Notes: a model not told the origin generated them from the sequence alone. A DNA stretch of 64,000 nucleotides from Methylocella sp. (GCA_052146775.1 JBKQMI010000146.1:1207-65206), one strand, 5' to 3'; numbered from the stretch's first letter, positions 39,950 through 51,176 are shown. Numbers and translations are program-made.

Positions 39950-40146
39950 GACAGTCCGTTCGCTCTTGAGGCCGTCGCGGCGCGGCCCCCAATCGGCCGC
40001 ACGGCAGAAATACCCCGCGACGGGGCAAAAGAACAGAGGCTTCGTCGAGGCGCGAACGGCGGCGCGTCACATTGAAGGCGGCGAAAAGGACGGTTAGCCC
40101 AAAGCGGAGGCGGATCGACAACGCAGATCGCAACGGCGTGCGATCC

Positions 40147-40989
40147 TTACGATCGGCTGATCGCTGCGCCCGATGCGGAAATAGGGGCTGTGAAAGCGGG
40201 CCGCCGCTCTCGACGCCTCGCGGAGGCTTGGGCGACTCCGACAATCTCCAATATCCGGTGTTCGCTCTCAAACCCGGCGGCTTTCAGGGCGCGATAAGAC
40301 GCCGCGTTCTCCGCGCCGCAGCCGCAGATCGGGCGCTGGCCCCGCGAAAGATAGCGATGCTTCAGATAGGCCGCGATGTGCGTCCCGTAGCCGTTGCCTC
40401 GGTGTTCGGGCGCCACCCACATGCCAATGTCGATGTCCGCGCGGCCGGCGACGACAGGCGCCGCGACGCCGCAACCAACGGTCTCGCCGTGTGCGCTCAG
40501 CACAAACAAGCCGCCGGCCGCCGCATAGGCTTGAATTTCGTCCGGGCCGTCGAAAAAGCCGTCGTCTCTGCTTGCGATCGCCATCGCGTCGCCGCCGTCC
40601 CCTTTTCGAAACGTCAGCGCCTCCCGAGGAGCGAATGACGCATCGACGATGCGCCGGAACAGCAGTCCGATGGGCGCCGCCTCGGCGAGCCGCGACAGCG
40701 CCGCATGAAGAAGCTGCCGATCGAACGATTTACACAGAACCCCGCTGGCGCGCGACGCCTCCATGGCCGCGTCGAAAAGCGCAACCGTATCGGCTGCGTG
40801 CTCCGCTCTGACGAAAAATTCGACGAGCTGGCCGCGACTGGCGACGGCATAAGCGATCTCGTCGCAGCGCCAGCTTTTCCCGGCCGCGACGAGCCGCTCC
40901 AAATAGAGTTCCTGCGGCTCGGCGAGTCCGTCGAGATAGGCTCGCCGCAACGCTTGCGGAGGGGCGTCGGCTTCGCAAAAGCGTGGCAT
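40147..40989 (-). CDS. GNAT-family N-acetyltransferase
   Basis: IGMWVAPEHRGNGYG acetyl-CoA motif A; N.ASYRAL..AGF. Confidence 0.8.
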   Translation of the reverse strand: MPRFCEADAPPQALRRAYLDGLAEPQELYLERLVAAGKSWRCDEIAYAVASRGQLVEFFVRAEHAADTVALFDAAMEASRASGVLCKSFDRQLLHAALSRLAEAAPIGLLFRRIVDASFAPREALTFRKGDGGDAMAIASRDDGFFDGPDEIQAYAAAGGLFVLSAHGETVGCGVAAPVVAGRADIDIGMWVAPEHRGNGYGTHIAAYLKHRYLSRGQRPICGCGAENAASYRALKAAGFESEHRILEIVGVAQASARRRERRPAFTAPISASGAAISRS

Positions 40990-41064
40990 GAAACCTTGCT
41001 CAGACTAATGGACACCAAACCACGCCGATCCTTTCGGCGCAACCGGCGGCGCGGAGCAAACGCG

Positions 41065-41095
41065 AAACAGGCCCCGGAGAAAACCCCGGGGCCTT
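41065..41095 (-). terminator. Probable terminator after groEL
   Basis: Minus strand AGGCCCCGG-loop-CCGGGGCCT followed by GTTT. Confidence 0.55.
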
Positions 41096-41120
41096 CGCCG
41101 TCTCTTCGCCGCGCGACGGC

Positions 41121-42752
41121 TCAGTAATCCATGCCGCCCATGCCGCCCGGCGGGAGCGCGCCCCCGTCCTTTCTCGGATGCTCGGTGATCGTCGCCTCCG
41201 TGGTGACGATCAGCCCCGCGATGGAGGCGGCGTCCTGGAGGGCGGTGCGGACGACCTTGGTCGGATCGATAATGCCAAGCGCGACGAGATCGCCATATTC
41301 GCCGGTCTGGGCGTCGTAGCCATATCTGTACTCTTTGGATTCGAGCAGCTTGCCGACCACCACCGCGCCATCCGCCCCGGCGTTGTCGACGATCTGGCGC
41401 GCCGGGGCCTGAATCGCCTTGCGGACGATATCGACGCCGGTCTGCTGATCGGAATTGCCGGCCTTGACCGCGTCGAGGGCCGGAATGGCGCGCAGCAGAG
41501 CGACGCCGCCGCCGGGAGAAATTCCCTCCTGCACGGCCGCGCGGGTGGCGTTCAGCGCATCGTCCACCCGATCCTTTTTCTCCTTGACCTCAACCTCGGT
41601 CGCGCCGCCGACGCGGATCACCGCGATGCCGCCTGCGAGCTTGGCGACGCGCTCCTGCAGCTTTTCGCGATCATAGTCCGACGTGGTTTCTTCGACCTGC
41701 ACCTTGATCTGGGCGATCCGGGCCTGAATGTCTTTCTTGTCGCCGGCGCCATCGATGATCGTCGTCGACTCCTTGTCGATGCGGACCCGCTTGGCGCGGC
41801 CGAGTTGCAGGAGCGTGACGCTTTCGAGCTTGACGCCGATTTCTTCGGAGATCAGCTGACCCGCGGTGAGAATTGCGATGTCTTCGAGCAGGGCCTTGCG
41901 GCGATCGCCGAAGCCCGGCGCCTTCACGGCGGCAACCTTCAAGCCGCCGCGCAACTTGTTGACCACGAGAGTGGCCAGAGCCTCGCCTTCGACATCCTCA
42001 GCGATGATGACGAGCGGCTTGCCCGTCTGCATCACCGCCTCGAGAATCGGCAACAGCGCCTGGAGCGACGACAGCTTCTTTTCGTGAATGAGAAAGTAGG
42101 GATCTTCGAATTCGGCGATCATCTTCTCGGCGTTGGTGATGAAATAGGGCGAAAGATAGCCGCGGTCGAACTGCATGCCTTCGACGATCTCCGTCTCGGT
42201 CACGAGGTTCTTGGCCTCCTCGACGGTGATCACGCCTTCATTGCCGACCTTCTGCATCGCCTTGGCGATTTCGTCGCCGATGAACCGGTCGCCATTGGCC
42301 GAGATTCGACCGATCTGGGCGATCTCCTCGTTCGAGGAGACTTTCTTCGAATTCTTCTTGAGATCTGCGACGATCGCTTCGACCGCGAGATCGATGCCCC
42401 GTTTCAAATCCATCGGGTTCAGCCCCGCCGCCACCGCCTTGGCGCCCTCGCGGGCGATCGAGGCCGCGAGCACGGTCGCGGTGGTCGTGCCGTCGCCGGC
42501 GTTGTCATGCTGTTTCGAAGCGACTTCGCGGACGAGTTGCGCGCCGAGGTTCTCGAACTTGTCGGAAAGCTCGATCTCCTTCGCGACGGTCACGCCGTCC
42601 TTGGTGATGCGCGGCGACCCAAACGCCTTTTCGATGACGACGTTGCGGCCTTTCGGACCAAGGGTGATTTTCACCGCATTGTTGAGAATTTCAATGCCGG
42701 CGAGAATGCGATCTCGCGCATCTGTCGAGAAGCGGACGTCTTTGGCAGACAT
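41121..42752 (-). CDS. groL: Chaperonin GroEL
   Basis: [35 protein letters not shown] tail. Confidence 0.98.
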   Translation of the reverse strand: MSAKDVRFSTDARDRILAGIEILNNAVKITLGPKGRNVVIEKAFGSPRITKDGVTVAKEIELSDKFENLGAQLVREVASKQHDNAGDGTTTATVLAASIAREGAKAVAAGLNPMDLKRGIDLAVEAIVADLKKNSKKVSSNEEIAQIGRISANGDRFIGDEIAKAMQKVGNEGVITVEEAKNLVTETEIVEGMQFDRGYLSPYFITNAEKMIAEFEDPYFLIHEKKLSSLQALLPILEAVMQTGKPLVIIAEDVEGEALATLVVNKLRGGLKVAAVKAPGFGDRRKALLEDIAILTAGQLISEEIGVKLESVTLLQLGRAKRVRIDKESTTIIDGAGDKKDIQARIAQIKVQVEETTSDYDREKLQERVAKLAGGIAVIRVGGATEVEVKEKKDRVDDALNATRAAVQEGISPGGGVALLRAIPALDAVKAGNSDQQTGVDIVRKAIQAPARQIVDNAGADGAVVVGKLLESKEYRYGYDAQTGEYGDLVALGIIDPTKVVRTALQDAASIAGLIVTTEATITEHPRKDGGALPPGGMGGMDY

Positions 42753-42798
42753 TGTCTTTACCTCCGCAAGAGAGAAAATAGATGCAAGGGCGTTCGGC

Positions 42799-43086
42799 TC
42801 AAGCGACGACGCCCAATATGTCGCTTTCCTTCATAATAAGCAGATCCTCCCCATCGATCTTGACCTCGGTCCCGGACCACTTTCCGAACAGGATGCGGTC
42901 GCCGGCCTTGACGTCGAGGGGGCTGAGCTTGCCGTTGTCGTCGCGCCCGCCGGGGCCGACGGCGATCACCTTGCCTTCCTGGGGCTTCTCCTTGGCGGTA
43001 TCGGGGATGATGATGCCGCCTTTCGTCTTCTCTTCGCCCTCGAGGCGCTTGACCACGACGCGGTCGTGCAAGGGACGAAACGCCAT
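42799..43086 (-). CDS. groS: Co-chaperonin GroES
   Basis: [23 protein letters not shown]; GGAGG RBS. Confidence 0.97.
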   Translation of the reverse strand: MAFRPLHDRVVVKRLEGEEKTKGGIIIPDTAKEKPQEGKVIAVGPGGRDDNGKLSPLDVKAGDRILFGKWSGTEVKIDGEDLLIMKESDILGVVA

Positions 43087-43166
43087 GTCTTGTCCTCCCC
43101 TTCTGGATCGCCCGATTCGCCGCCCGGACCAATCCCGCGGCGGACGCACAGGTTGAAGGCGCGAGT

Positions 43167-43193
43167 TTAGCACTCTTCCGCGGCGAGCGCTAA
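43167..43193. promoter_or_regulatory. CIRCE element (HrcA operator)
   Basis: TTAGCACTC-N9-GAGCGCTAA, one mismatch, upstream of groES. Confidence 0.92.
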
Positions 43194-43352
43194 CGCGTCG
43201 AGGGGCAGGCAGGAGCCATCGTGCGGGTTGTCAAGATTCGCCGCGCGGGGGGGGGGGCTCCGCGACGCGGTCGCAATTCGGGCGCGCCTCCCTCAGGTCG
43301 AAGCCGCCGCGGGCTTCGACCAAGGCGTCATATTGGCCAGAGCAATTGCGCT

Positions 43353-43919
43353 CTAACGGGTCAGCGACTGCAGGCTAAGGCCCAAGGCGGCGATGGCGAC
43401 GCCCCTGAGGATCAGCTCGATCCCGACGAAGAGACCGATCGCCCATAAGCCAGTGACGGGCCAGCCGGACAGGAGCAGCGCACCAAGCGCGACGCTCACA
43501 ACGCCGTCGAGAATGGAGAGCCATTCGCCCTGAATGTGCGAGAACAGGGCGAAGCCGATGCCGACAATGCCTGTGACGAGAAAATAGAACGCGATGACGA
43601 GCGTGAGGGCCTCGGCGCTGGTCGCCGGACGCGCCACAAGGACGACGCCGATGATCGCCAGCAGCACGGCCCAAAGGACGTGGATGAAAAAAGCGGTCCA
43701 GTAACCCGTGAGCGAGAACGCGGCGGCGAAAACGGCCAGCGCCGCGGCGAGCAGCAGGACGCCGAGAAACACGACATAGACCAGCGTCGCGGTCCGCGCA
43801 CGCCAGATCGCCAGGGCCCCAAGCACGCCGAGAGCCGCCCCAAGCGCAACAAGCCAACCCCAATGAACGGAGAGGCTGCCCGGCGCCTCCGCGACGAAAA
43901 CATCGAATTGCTGTTCCAT
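43353..43919 (-). CDS. HdeD/DUF308-family membrane protein
   Basis: W.W...LG, six hydrophobic helices, GWP...LWAIGLFVGIELI..G; start reset to MEQQF. Confidence 0.8.
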   Translation of the reverse strand: MEQQFDVFVAEAPGSLSVHWGWLVALGAALGVLGALAIWRARTATLVYVVFLGVLLLAAALAVFAAAFSLTGYWTAFFIHVLWAVLLAIIGVVLVARPATSAEALTLVIAFYFLVTGIVGIGFALFSHIQGEWLSILDGVVSVALGALLLSGWPVTGLWAIGLFVGIELILRGVAIAALGLSLQSLTR

Positions 43920-44151
43920 GGCCCCCGCCTTTTCCGGTTTTTCGGGCCGCCATCCATCCGATGGCGCGCCAAACTCGCACAAGGGTGCTGCTTTCGCATC
44001 GATTTGGCAATGCCCAACCTCGGCCCAACAACGGCCAACAACGGCCGAACCCTCCGCAAAACGGTTGAAAAAGGCCTTCGATGCGCGTGCGAGAGGTCAA
44101 TCTCGCGCTTCCCACGTCGAAATGCGCGGCAAGGGCGCCTGCGTCGCGCGC

Positions 44152-44472
44152 CTACCGACAATGAGTCGCGCCGAGCGGAATCAAAATCGGCGGGAACGCC
44201 CGGATGATTCCGTTGGGACCGCTGCACCAGCGCCGGGGCAAGTCCCGGTCTGTCCCGGCATTGTAACCGTAGATCGAGCAGTCGCTATTTCGATCGCCCG
44301 TCGCGATGCGAAAGTAGTCAGGGCCGGGATCAACGGGACCGCTGTCCCATTGCGCGACATATTGTGCGCCCTTGCAGTCTACGCGAAACAGATAGGTGTT
44401 CGCATAGGCCGCGGGGCTTATGAAAATCGCAAGAGCCGCAATCAGAACGAAGCCTTTGCCAAAGCCGAGCAT
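44152..44472 (-). CDS. Small secreted hypothetical protein with four Cys
   Basis: Signal peptide ending AYA; AGGAG RBS; four cysteines in the mature part. Confidence 0.7.
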   Translation of the reverse strand: MLGFGKGFVLIAALAIFISPAAYANTYLFRVDCKGAQYVAQWDSGPVDPGPDYFRIATGDRNSDCSIYGYNAGTDRDLPRRWCSGPNGIIRAFPPILIPLGATHCR

Positions 44473-44824
44473 GCCGTCTCCTGTAGGGTTGGGGCGCCGA
44501 ATCTGCCCCCGGTCGGAGACAAGCTCAACGAGTATCGCGCCGCCAAACAGCCTTGGACAGAAAATTCGCCGTGGCGACGCCGCCGAGGGCCGCGCCGCGC
44601 TTTCGCTCAGTCGCAGGAGGTCTTTCCGATAATCCGCATCTTTTACAACCAGGCGGCGAACTTTAAGGGAATGTCCTCCAACTCAGACGCAAATTCCGTT
44701 GCGCGGAAGCCACAACAAGAGGAATTCAACCGCAAAGTCTCCGTTTTTGCTCCCGCTCCCTGTTTTGACCGCATGAAAGGGGCAAGCTGCAGGCGCTGCC
44801 AGACACTTGAAAGGAAAAAGCGTC

Positions 44825-45604
44825 ATGTACCGTCAACTTCTCCTGGCTTCGGTCGGCGCCATCGCGCTGGCCGGATCTGGCTTCGCGGCCGACTTCTCCG
44901 CGCCGCCGCCCGTCTATGTCCCCCCGGTTCCGATCTTTACCTGGACCGGGGTCTATGTCGGCGGCCAGATCGGCTATGCCTGGGGCAACCAGAGCGCCAA
45001 TTTCGGCGACAGTTTCGGCCTGTTCGAAAACGCGAGCTATAGCGGCAACGGCGTCATCGGCGGCGCCCATGTCGGCTATAATCTGCAACTGAGCCAGTTC
45101 GTGATCGGCCTCGAAGGCGATGTCGACGGCTCGAGCATCAGCAAGAGCGTCTCCGGCGTCATCTTTCCGTTCGGCGGCGCCCTTGGCCCCGTCAACACAA
45201 GCTTCAACTCCAACGCCAATGTTCAGGGTTCGATCCGCGGCCGCGTCGGCTACGCCTGGGACCGCGTGCTATTGTACGCCACCGGCGGCGTCGCCTTCGT
45301 CGGAGTCAACTCCAACCTTCAGACGAACTCCCTGCTCGGCGGCTCTTATGACTCCGCCTCGAACACGCGCGTCGGTTGGACTGTCGGCGGCGGCCTCGAA
45401 TACGCCGTCACCGACAACTGGTCGATCCGCGCCGAATATCGCTACTCCGATTTTGGTCAATACACGGTCTACCCGGTCAATTTCGCCGCTCTTGGCGACA
45501 CTGGCGCTTTTATCAACCGGCACTTCACCGAGAACCGCGTGCAGGTCGGCTTCAGCTACAAATTCGATACAGCGGCGCCCGCCCCGGCGGTCGCCAAATA
45601 CTGA
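44825..45604 (+). CDS. Omp25/RopB-family outer membrane beta-barrel protein
   Basis: Signal ..AADF, WTG.Y.G.QIGY.WG, GWTVGGGLEY, R.EYRY.D, GFSYKF. Confidence 0.9.
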   Translation: MYRQLLLASVGAIALAGSGFAADFSAPPPVYVPPVPIFTWTGVYVGGQIGYAWGNQSANFGDSFGLFENASYSGNGVIGGAHVGYNLQLSQFVIGLEGDVDGSSISKSVSGVIFPFGGALGPVNTSFNSNANVQGSIRGRVGYAWDRVLLYATGGVAFVGVNSNLQTNSLLGGSYDSASNTRVGWTVGGGLEYAVTDNWSIRAEYRYSDFGQYTVYPVNFAALGDTGAFINRHFTENRVQVGFSYKFDTAAPAPAVAKY

Positions 45605-45665
45605 GATCGAAACGCGGAGGTCGAACCCGCCGAATTCGGCTTTCGTGGCCGAAGACAAAATATGT

Positions 45666-45697
45666 CCCGGCCAGCGATGGCCGGGCTGTCTTGGTTT
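45666..45697 (+). terminator. Probable terminator after the porin gene
   Basis: CCCGGCCA-GCGA-TGGCCGGG then T-rich CTGTCTTGGTTT. Confidence 0.5.
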
Positions 45698-45850
45698 GGC
45701 GGAGCAACGGGCGACGGCAGACTCGGATTTATGGTCAAATCTTGCCGAGGCCGCAGCATCCCCGCGAGGAAAGCGAGCCCCGCATCGCCGGGGTCGACAA
45801 GATCCGCGTTGGACCCGGTCGCTCGGCCTGAATGTCGGACGCCTTCAAAA

Positions 45851-46240
45851 TCAGCGCTCGGGGAAGCGGCCTTCGGCGGTCGTCCGCGCGCGTATCTTGC
45901 CGCTCTTGTCTAAAGCCTCGATCGTCCAGACGTAGCGATGAACAGCGCCTGCCGGCGGGCAAGGTCCGATGTAATTGATCGCCCCCTCCGGCACCCGCCC
46001 CCCGCCATCGTAGGGAACGGCGCCGCCGCCGTGATGGAAGCCGGGGGCGTCTTTGTCGGCCATCGCGAAACGCAGGCGCTCCGTGTCCTTGGGCGCATCG
46101 CGGATCGTGAAGGCGGGGGAGATTCGGCCGCAAGCGCTGATCCCCGACCACGAAAAGCCGACGCCGAAAGCCGACGCATCATGCGCTGAAATCAGCACGG
46201 CCATGGCGGCAAATCCAAGAAGTTGAGGCGACCGGCGCAT
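45851..46240 (-). CDS. Secreted YbhB/YbcL (PEBP-like) protein
   Basis: Signal peptide; SP.F....P..T, D.DAP...HGG, Y.GPCPP....HRY.WT..ALD. Confidence 0.78.
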   Translation of the reverse strand: MRRSPQLLGFAAMAVLISAHDASAFGVGFSWSGISACGRISPAFTIRDAPKDTERLRFAMADKDAPGFHHGGGAVPYDGGGRVPEGAINYIGPCPPAGAVHRYVWTIEALDKSGKIRARTTAEGRFPER

Positions 46241-46317
46241 CTTCGTCCCTTTTCCGAAGCTGGTTCAAGGATATACCATAGGATCGGCGTTTGGATTTCC
46301 CTCCCGGGTGAAATATT

Positions 46318-46593
46318 CGCGCGGGCGACGACGGGATGATCGCCAACGAGCTGCTGATGCAGATACCGACCGACGTTCTAGGCGTACAGGTGTAGCGGCC
46401 GAAAGTCTCCGAAAGCACCGCCCTCGGCGCCGCAGGTCTCGCGGTCGGCTACTGGCGCAGCCTCGAAGATCTGCGCCGGAATTGGGGTGTGGAGAAGACG
46501 TGGAAACCCTCGCCCGACGATGGCTTACGCGTCAAAAGCTACATGATGTGGAAGAAAGCCGTGAGCCGCACTTTCGACTGGCGCGAGGATTAG
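46318..46593 (+). pseudogene. glpK: Glycerol kinase C-terminal remnant
   Basis: [41 protein letters not shown]...WKKAVSRTFDW; in-frame TAG at 46393; N-terminal part absent. Confidence 0.8.
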
Positions 46594-46682
46594 CGTCTCG
46601 CGAGCCTCATGCGAACCGTTATGGCGAGTCTTTGCGACAATCACCCGTCTCGTTGTGGCGCCATGATCGCGTGTAACTCTAC

Positions 46683-46961
46683 CTACACATTGTCGAACAC
46701 GCGGTAGACGCGCTGCGCTTCGCCATGGGTCAAATAGAAACGCTCGCCTTCTTGATACGCCGCATTTCCCGTTACGACTTCGAACTCGTACATCCCTGAG
46801 GATCGGTCGGGCGCACAATCTGCGTCCGCCGGCCATTTGCCGAGAAATCGGACGCTTTTCGGCAATCGCCTTAAAGATGCGCCCTGCTCTCTGAATTCCC
46901 GAGTTCCAGCGCCTCCATCACGTTCCATCGCAACCCTCATATTCAGATAAGCTTCGCTCAT
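46683..46961 (-). CDS. Hypothetical protein (92 aa) divergent from LysR
   Basis: Fills the intergenic space in a typical LTTR-target position; no recognised motif. Confidence 0.45.
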   Translation of the reverse strand: MSEAYLNMRVAMERDGGAGTREFREQGASLRRLPKSVRFLGKWPADADCAPDRSSGMYEFEVVTGNAAYQEGERFYLTHGEAQRVYRVFDNV

Positions 46962-47005
46962 CTAAAAGCCGCAAGGCTCTCAAATCAAATTGTCATTTCC
47001 GATCG

Positions 47006-47028
47006 CATGATGCATTTTATGCATCATG
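47006..47028. promoter_or_regulatory. Inverted repeat at the LysR start (LTTR T-N11-A-type box)
   Basis: CATGATGCAT-TTT-ATGCATCATG, perfect 10-bp arms. Confidence 0.65.
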
Positions 47029-47853
47029 GAGCTGCAATGGATCGACGACTTTCTCGCCCTTTGCCAAACGCGGAATTTCACCCGCGCGGCGAAGGCGCGT
47101 TGCACGACGCAATCCGCCTATAGTCGCCGCGTGCAGAGGCTTGAGGAATGGCTTGGCGCGCCCTTGTTTAACCGCGAATCGCGTCCCCTAAGCCTTACCC
47201 CCGCGGGAGAGGAGTTTCTGACCCGCGCCTATCGTCTCCGCGAAGACATCTTCGACGCGCGCCGCGCGGTTTTGAGCACGTCCAGCCATTTCAAAAAAAC
47301 CCTGCGCATTTACACGACCAACACGCTTGCCGCTACGTTCCTTTCCGCGTGGCTGATCGAAAGCAGGTTGGAGAACTACTCGCTGATCGTCGCGTCCATT
47401 GCGGGCTGCCTCGAAGCAATCAAACGCAAGCACGCCGACATCGCCCTAATCCCCCACTTTGGCGGCGATGAGGATCTGCTTGATTTGCAGATCCAGGAAA
47501 TCGGCGTGGACCGTTTGATCCTGGTAAGCGTTCCGACACAAAAACGCGTGGCGGCTTTGACCAACAATAGGCTGAGCGGCTCAATAATGGTCTATACGCC
47601 CGGCACGACCTACGGCATGCAAATAGCCGCTATGCTGAACAAGCATCGCATTCACATCCAGGATTCGCCGGTCTGCGAGAGCGCATCCGCGGAAGCGCTG
47701 CTGGCGCAAGTCAAAGCGGGACTGGGATCGGCGTGGATTCCCGAAATCCTGCTACGCGGAAGCAAAGTCAAACGATGCGCCGTGCCAAGCTTTTTCGATA
47801 TTTCCTACAAGATCCTTTTGATCAAACCTCCGCTGGAGCGGAACGCGACCTAA
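47026..47853 (+). CDS. LysR-family transcriptional regulator
   Basis: MEL.W..DFL.L....NF.RAA..R..TQSA.SRR...LE..LG..LF.R, LT.AG; V.AGLG.AW.P. Confidence 0.9.
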   Translation: MELQWIDDFLALCQTRNFTRAAKARCTTQSAYSRRVQRLEEWLGAPLFNRESRPLSLTPAGEEFLTRAYRLREDIFDARRAVLSTSSHFKKTLRIYTTNTLAATFLSAWLIESRLENYSLIVASIAGCLEAIKRKHADIALIPHFGGDEDLLDLQIQEIGVDRLILVSVPTQKRVAALTNNRLSGSIMVYTPGTTYGMQIAAMLNKHRIHIQDSPVCESASAEALLAQVKAGLGSAWIPEILLRGSKVKRCAVPSFFDISYKILLIKPPLERNAT

Positions 47854-49403
47854 CGCGGCGCCGGCGGCGTCCATTTGAGGATGGGATTGCGCGCCGCGCG
47901 GGTCTCGTCGAGGCGCCGGCGGGGCGCGTCGAATGGCGCTCCGATAAAGCGCTCCATATCGCCGCCGAGCGCCGCCATGGCGAGATCGCGCATGGTTGCG
48001 ATGAACAGATCGAGCGACGCCTTGGATTCGGACTCGGTCGGCTCGATCAGCATGGCGCCATGCGCGACAAGCGGGAAATAGATCGTCATCGGATGATAGC
48101 CCTCGTCGATCATCGCCTTGGCGAAATCGAGCGTCGTCAGGCCCGTCGGCTTCAGCCACGCATCGTCGAACAAAACCTCATGCATACAGGGCTGGTCGCC
48201 GAAAGGCTGCGACATCAGATCGGAGAGGCTGGCGCGGATGTAGTTTGCGTTCAAAACGGCGTCCTCGGACGCCTGCCGCAAGCCGTCCGCTCCATGCGAG
48301 GCCATATAGGTCAGCGCCCGCACGAACATACCCATCTGGCCGTGGAACGCGGCGATCCGGCCGAATGAGCGCGGCTCCTCCGAGTTATGCTCGACGAGGC
48401 GCAGCCCCGCGTCATCCGCGCGCAGAAATGGCACTGGCGCAAAGGGCGCGAGCCGCGCCGACAGCACGACCGGCCCGGCGCCGGGACCCCCGCCCCCATG
48501 CGGCGTCGAGAAGGTCTTGTGCAGATTGATGTGCATGGCGTCGACGCCGAGATCGCCGGGCCGCGCCTTGCCGACGATCGCGTTGAAATTGGCGCCGTCG
48601 CAATAGAAATAAGCGCCCGCTGCATGCATCGCCTCGGCGATCTCGACGACCTGCGTCTCAAACAGGCCGCAGGTGTTTGGATTGGTCAGCATGATGGCGG
48701 CGACGTCCGGCCCCAGCCGCGCTTTCAGCTCTTCGAGGTGGATCGCGCCATCGGCTCTCGCCGGGATCGCGCGCACCTCGAAGCCAATCAGGCTGGCGCT
48801 CGCCGGATTGGTTCCATGCGCCGATTCCGGCACGAGGACGATCCGGCGCGTCGCGCCCTCGCCTTTCGCCGCGATGGCGGCCTTGATCGCCATCATGCCG
48901 CACGCCTCGCCGTGCGCGCCGGCCTTTGGCGATAACGCGACCGCCACCGTGCCGGTCAGCTCCATCAGCCAGCGGGCGAGTTCGCCGATCAACTCCAGCG
49001 CACCCTGCACAGTCGATTGCGGCTGAAGCGGGTGGATGTCGGCGAAGCCCGGCAGCCGCGCCATCGCCTCGTTGAGCCGCGGATTATGCTTCATGGTGCA
49101 GGAGCCGAGCGGAAACAGCCCCGTGTCGATCGAATAATTCTTCTGCGACAGGCGCACGTAATGGCGCACGGCCTCCGGCTCGCTGAGTCCGGGCAGGCCG
49201 ATCGGCGCCTCGCGCTCAAGGCCGCCGAGCCTTGACTGGAAGGGCGCCGGCTCATCGAGATCGACGCCCGTGACTTCGGGCCGCCCCGTCTCGAAGATCA
49301 ACCCTTCTTCGATCTGCAAGCCGCGATTCGAAGTGAAGGTTCCTGTGCGCAGCCGCGCCGAATCCTTCGTCTGGATCGGGTGTTCCGGTCGATTCATCAT
49401 CAA
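47850..49403 (-). CDS. gcvPB: Glycine decarboxylase subunit 2
   Basis: [35 protein letters not shown] (PLP Lys), IEPTESE. Confidence 0.96.
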   Translation of the reverse strand: MMMNRPEHPIQTKDSARLRTGTFTSNRGLQIEEGLIFETGRPEVTGVDLDEPAPFQSRLGGLEREAPIGLPGLSEPEAVRHYVRLSQKNYSIDTGLFPLGSCTMKHNPRLNEAMARLPGFADIHPLQPQSTVQGALELIGELARWLMELTGTVAVALSPKAGAHGEACGMMAIKAAIAAKGEGATRRIVLVPESAHGTNPASASLIGFEVRAIPARADGAIHLEELKARLGPDVAAIMLTNPNTCGLFETQVVEIAEAMHAAGAYFYCDGANFNAIVGKARPGDLGVDAMHINLHKTFSTPHGGGGPGAGPVVLSARLAPFAPVPFLRADDAGLRLVEHNSEEPRSFGRIAAFHGQMGMFVRALTYMASHGADGLRQASEDAVLNANYIRASLSDLMSQPFGDQPCMHEVLFDDAWLKPTGLTTLDFAKAMIDEGYHPMTIYFPLVAHGAMLIEPTESESKASLDLFIATMRDLAMAALGGDMERFIGAPFDAPRRRLDETRAARNPILKWTPPAPR

Positions 49404-50740
49404 AGGACTCCCTGCAGGGCCGATGCGAGGGCGGCGCGGTCTTCATCGGTGTTGAGTTCGCTCGAAGCGACGATAATGAGATCGTCCAGTCCTGCGCCGG
49501 GCGACAGCCGGGATGCGGGCACGCCGCCCAGCACGCCCTTTGCCGCCAAACGCTCGATCGCCTCCGCCGCGTCGCCCTGGACGCGAATGGTGAATTCATT
49601 GAAAAAGGTTCTGTTGAGCACTTCGACGCCGCTGACGCGCGAGAGCCTATTGGCGAGATCGACGGCGTTGGCGTGATTGATGCGCGCGAGCCGCCGCAGC
49701 CCGGCCTCGCCAAGCAGCGTCAGATGAATGCTGAAGGCGAGGCAGCAGAGGCCGGAATTGGTGCAGATGTTGGAGGTCGCCTTTTCGCGCTTGATGTGTT
49801 GTTCGCGCGTCGCCAGCGTCAGGACGAAGCCGCGACGCCCATCCGCGTCGATCGTCTCGCCGCAAAGGCGCCCCGGCATCTGCCGCACATATTTCGATCG
49901 CGCCGCGAAGAGACCGACATAAGGCCCGCCGAAATTCAGGCTGTTGCCGATCGACTGGCCTTCGCCGACGGCGATGTCGGCGCCCATCTCGCCCGGCGGC
50001 CTGATGAGGCCGAGGGACACAGCCTCGGTGAACACCGCGATGAGCAGCGCCCCTTTCGCCTTGCATATCGCGGAAAGGCCGGAAAGATCGCGCAGATTGC
50101 CAAAGACGTCGGGGTTTTGAACGACGACGCAGGACACGCCGGAATCGATTTCGTCTGCGAGATTCTCCTGCGCCAGAACATCGGGCGGGAGGCTCACCAC
50201 GTCATCGCCCGTCATGCGCGAAATGGTGCGCACGACTTCGGCGTAATGCGGATGCAGGCCGCCCGAGAGCACCGCCTTTCGGCGCTTCGTGATGCGATGG
50301 GCCATCAGCACCGCCTCGATTGTCGCGGTGGAGCCGTCATACATCGAGGCGTTGGCGACATCCATCGCGGTCAAGGCCGCGACCTGGGTCTGAAACTCGA
50401 AAATCGCCTGCAGCGTGCCTTGTGCGATTTCAGGTTGATAGGGCGTGTAGCTCGTCATGAACTCCGAGCGCTGGATCAGATGATCGACGCTGGCCGGAAT
50501 ATGATGCCTGTAAGCTCCAGCGCCGATAAAGAATGGCGCGGATCCCGCGGCGACATTCTTCGCCGCCATATTCGACAACAGCCGCTGCGCGTCGATCTCC
50601 GTTTTGCGCTGAGGCAAATCGAGGTCTTGGGCAAGCCGCTTGCTCGCAGGAATCGAAGCAAACAGGGCGCCGATGTCAGGCGCGCCAATGCGGGCCAGCA
50701 TGTCGGTGCGATCGTCGGGCGTAAGGGGCAGGTAGCGCAT
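49400..50740 (-). CDS. gcvPA: Glycine decarboxylase subunit 1
   Basis: [35 protein letters not shown]. Confidence 0.96.
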   Translation of the reverse strand: MRYLPLTPDDRTDMLARIGAPDIGALFASIPASKRLAQDLDLPQRKTEIDAQRLLSNMAAKNVAAGSAPFFIGAGAYRHHIPASVDHLIQRSEFMTSYTPYQPEIAQGTLQAIFEFQTQVAALTAMDVANASMYDGSTATIEAVLMAHRITKRRKAVLSGGLHPHYAEVVRTISRMTGDDVVSLPPDVLAQENLADEIDSGVSCVVVQNPDVFGNLRDLSGLSAICKAKGALLIAVFTEAVSLGLIRPPGEMGADIAVGEGQSIGNSLNFGGPYVGLFAARSKYVRQMPGRLCGETIDADGRRGFVLTLATREQHIKREKATSNICTNSGLCCLAFSIHLTLLGEAGLRRLARINHANAVDLANRLSRVSGVEVLNRTFFNEFTIRVQGDAAEAIERLAAKGVLGGVPASRLSPGAGLDDLIIVASSELNTDEDRAALASALQGVL

Positions 50741-50798
50741 GGAGTTCCAATCGGGTTACGATCTTTGGTGGTCGCGCGGTTGATGGCGGTGAACTCTC

Positions 50799-51176
50799 TC
50801 AGGCGAGCGTCCTGACGTAAGCCTGGTAGGCCTCCTCATCCATGAGCGCTTCGAGTTCGGCGGGGTCGGAGAGCCTGAGTTTGAGAAACCAGCCCTTGCC
50901 GGCCGGATCTTCGTTGACGAGCGCGGGCGCTTCCTCCAGCGCGTGGTTGACCTCCACCACTTCGCCCGACGCCGGAGCGTTGACGCCGCTCGCGGCCTTG
51001 ACGCTTTCGACAACTGCAGCCTCGTCGCCTTGATTCAAGTGATTGCCGAACGCGGGAAGCTCGACGAAAACGACGTCGCCCAATTGCGCCTGCGCGTAGT
51101 CGGTGATCCCGACGACGGCGCCATCGTCTTCGAGCCGGATGTATTCATGGTCCTTCGTGTAGTAAATGGCGGACAT
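50799..51176 (-). CDS. gcvH: Glycine cleavage H protein
   Basis: YT.DHEY, GITDYAQ..LGDVVFVELP, ESVKAAS lipoyl Lys. Confidence 0.96.
   Translation of the reverse strand: MSAIYYTKDHEYIRLEDDGAVVGITDYAQAQLGDVVFVELPAFGNHLNQGDEAAVVESVKAASGVNAPASGEVVEVNHALEEAPALVNEDPAGKGWFLKLRLSDPAELEALMDEEAYQAYVRTLA

Noticed and set aside
38775-40271. 498-aa ORF as one protein
   Set aside because: N-terminal 320 aa is Arg-rich off-frame overlap of the 39359-39949 gene; the real gene starts at 39308
43244-43258. G-run upstream of groES as a phase-variable tract
   Set aside because: Lies outside CIRCE and coding sequence; homopolymer length is unreliable without reads
44024-44046. Short CCAACAACGG tandem repeat
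   Set aside because: Only two units in an intergenic region; no supportable function
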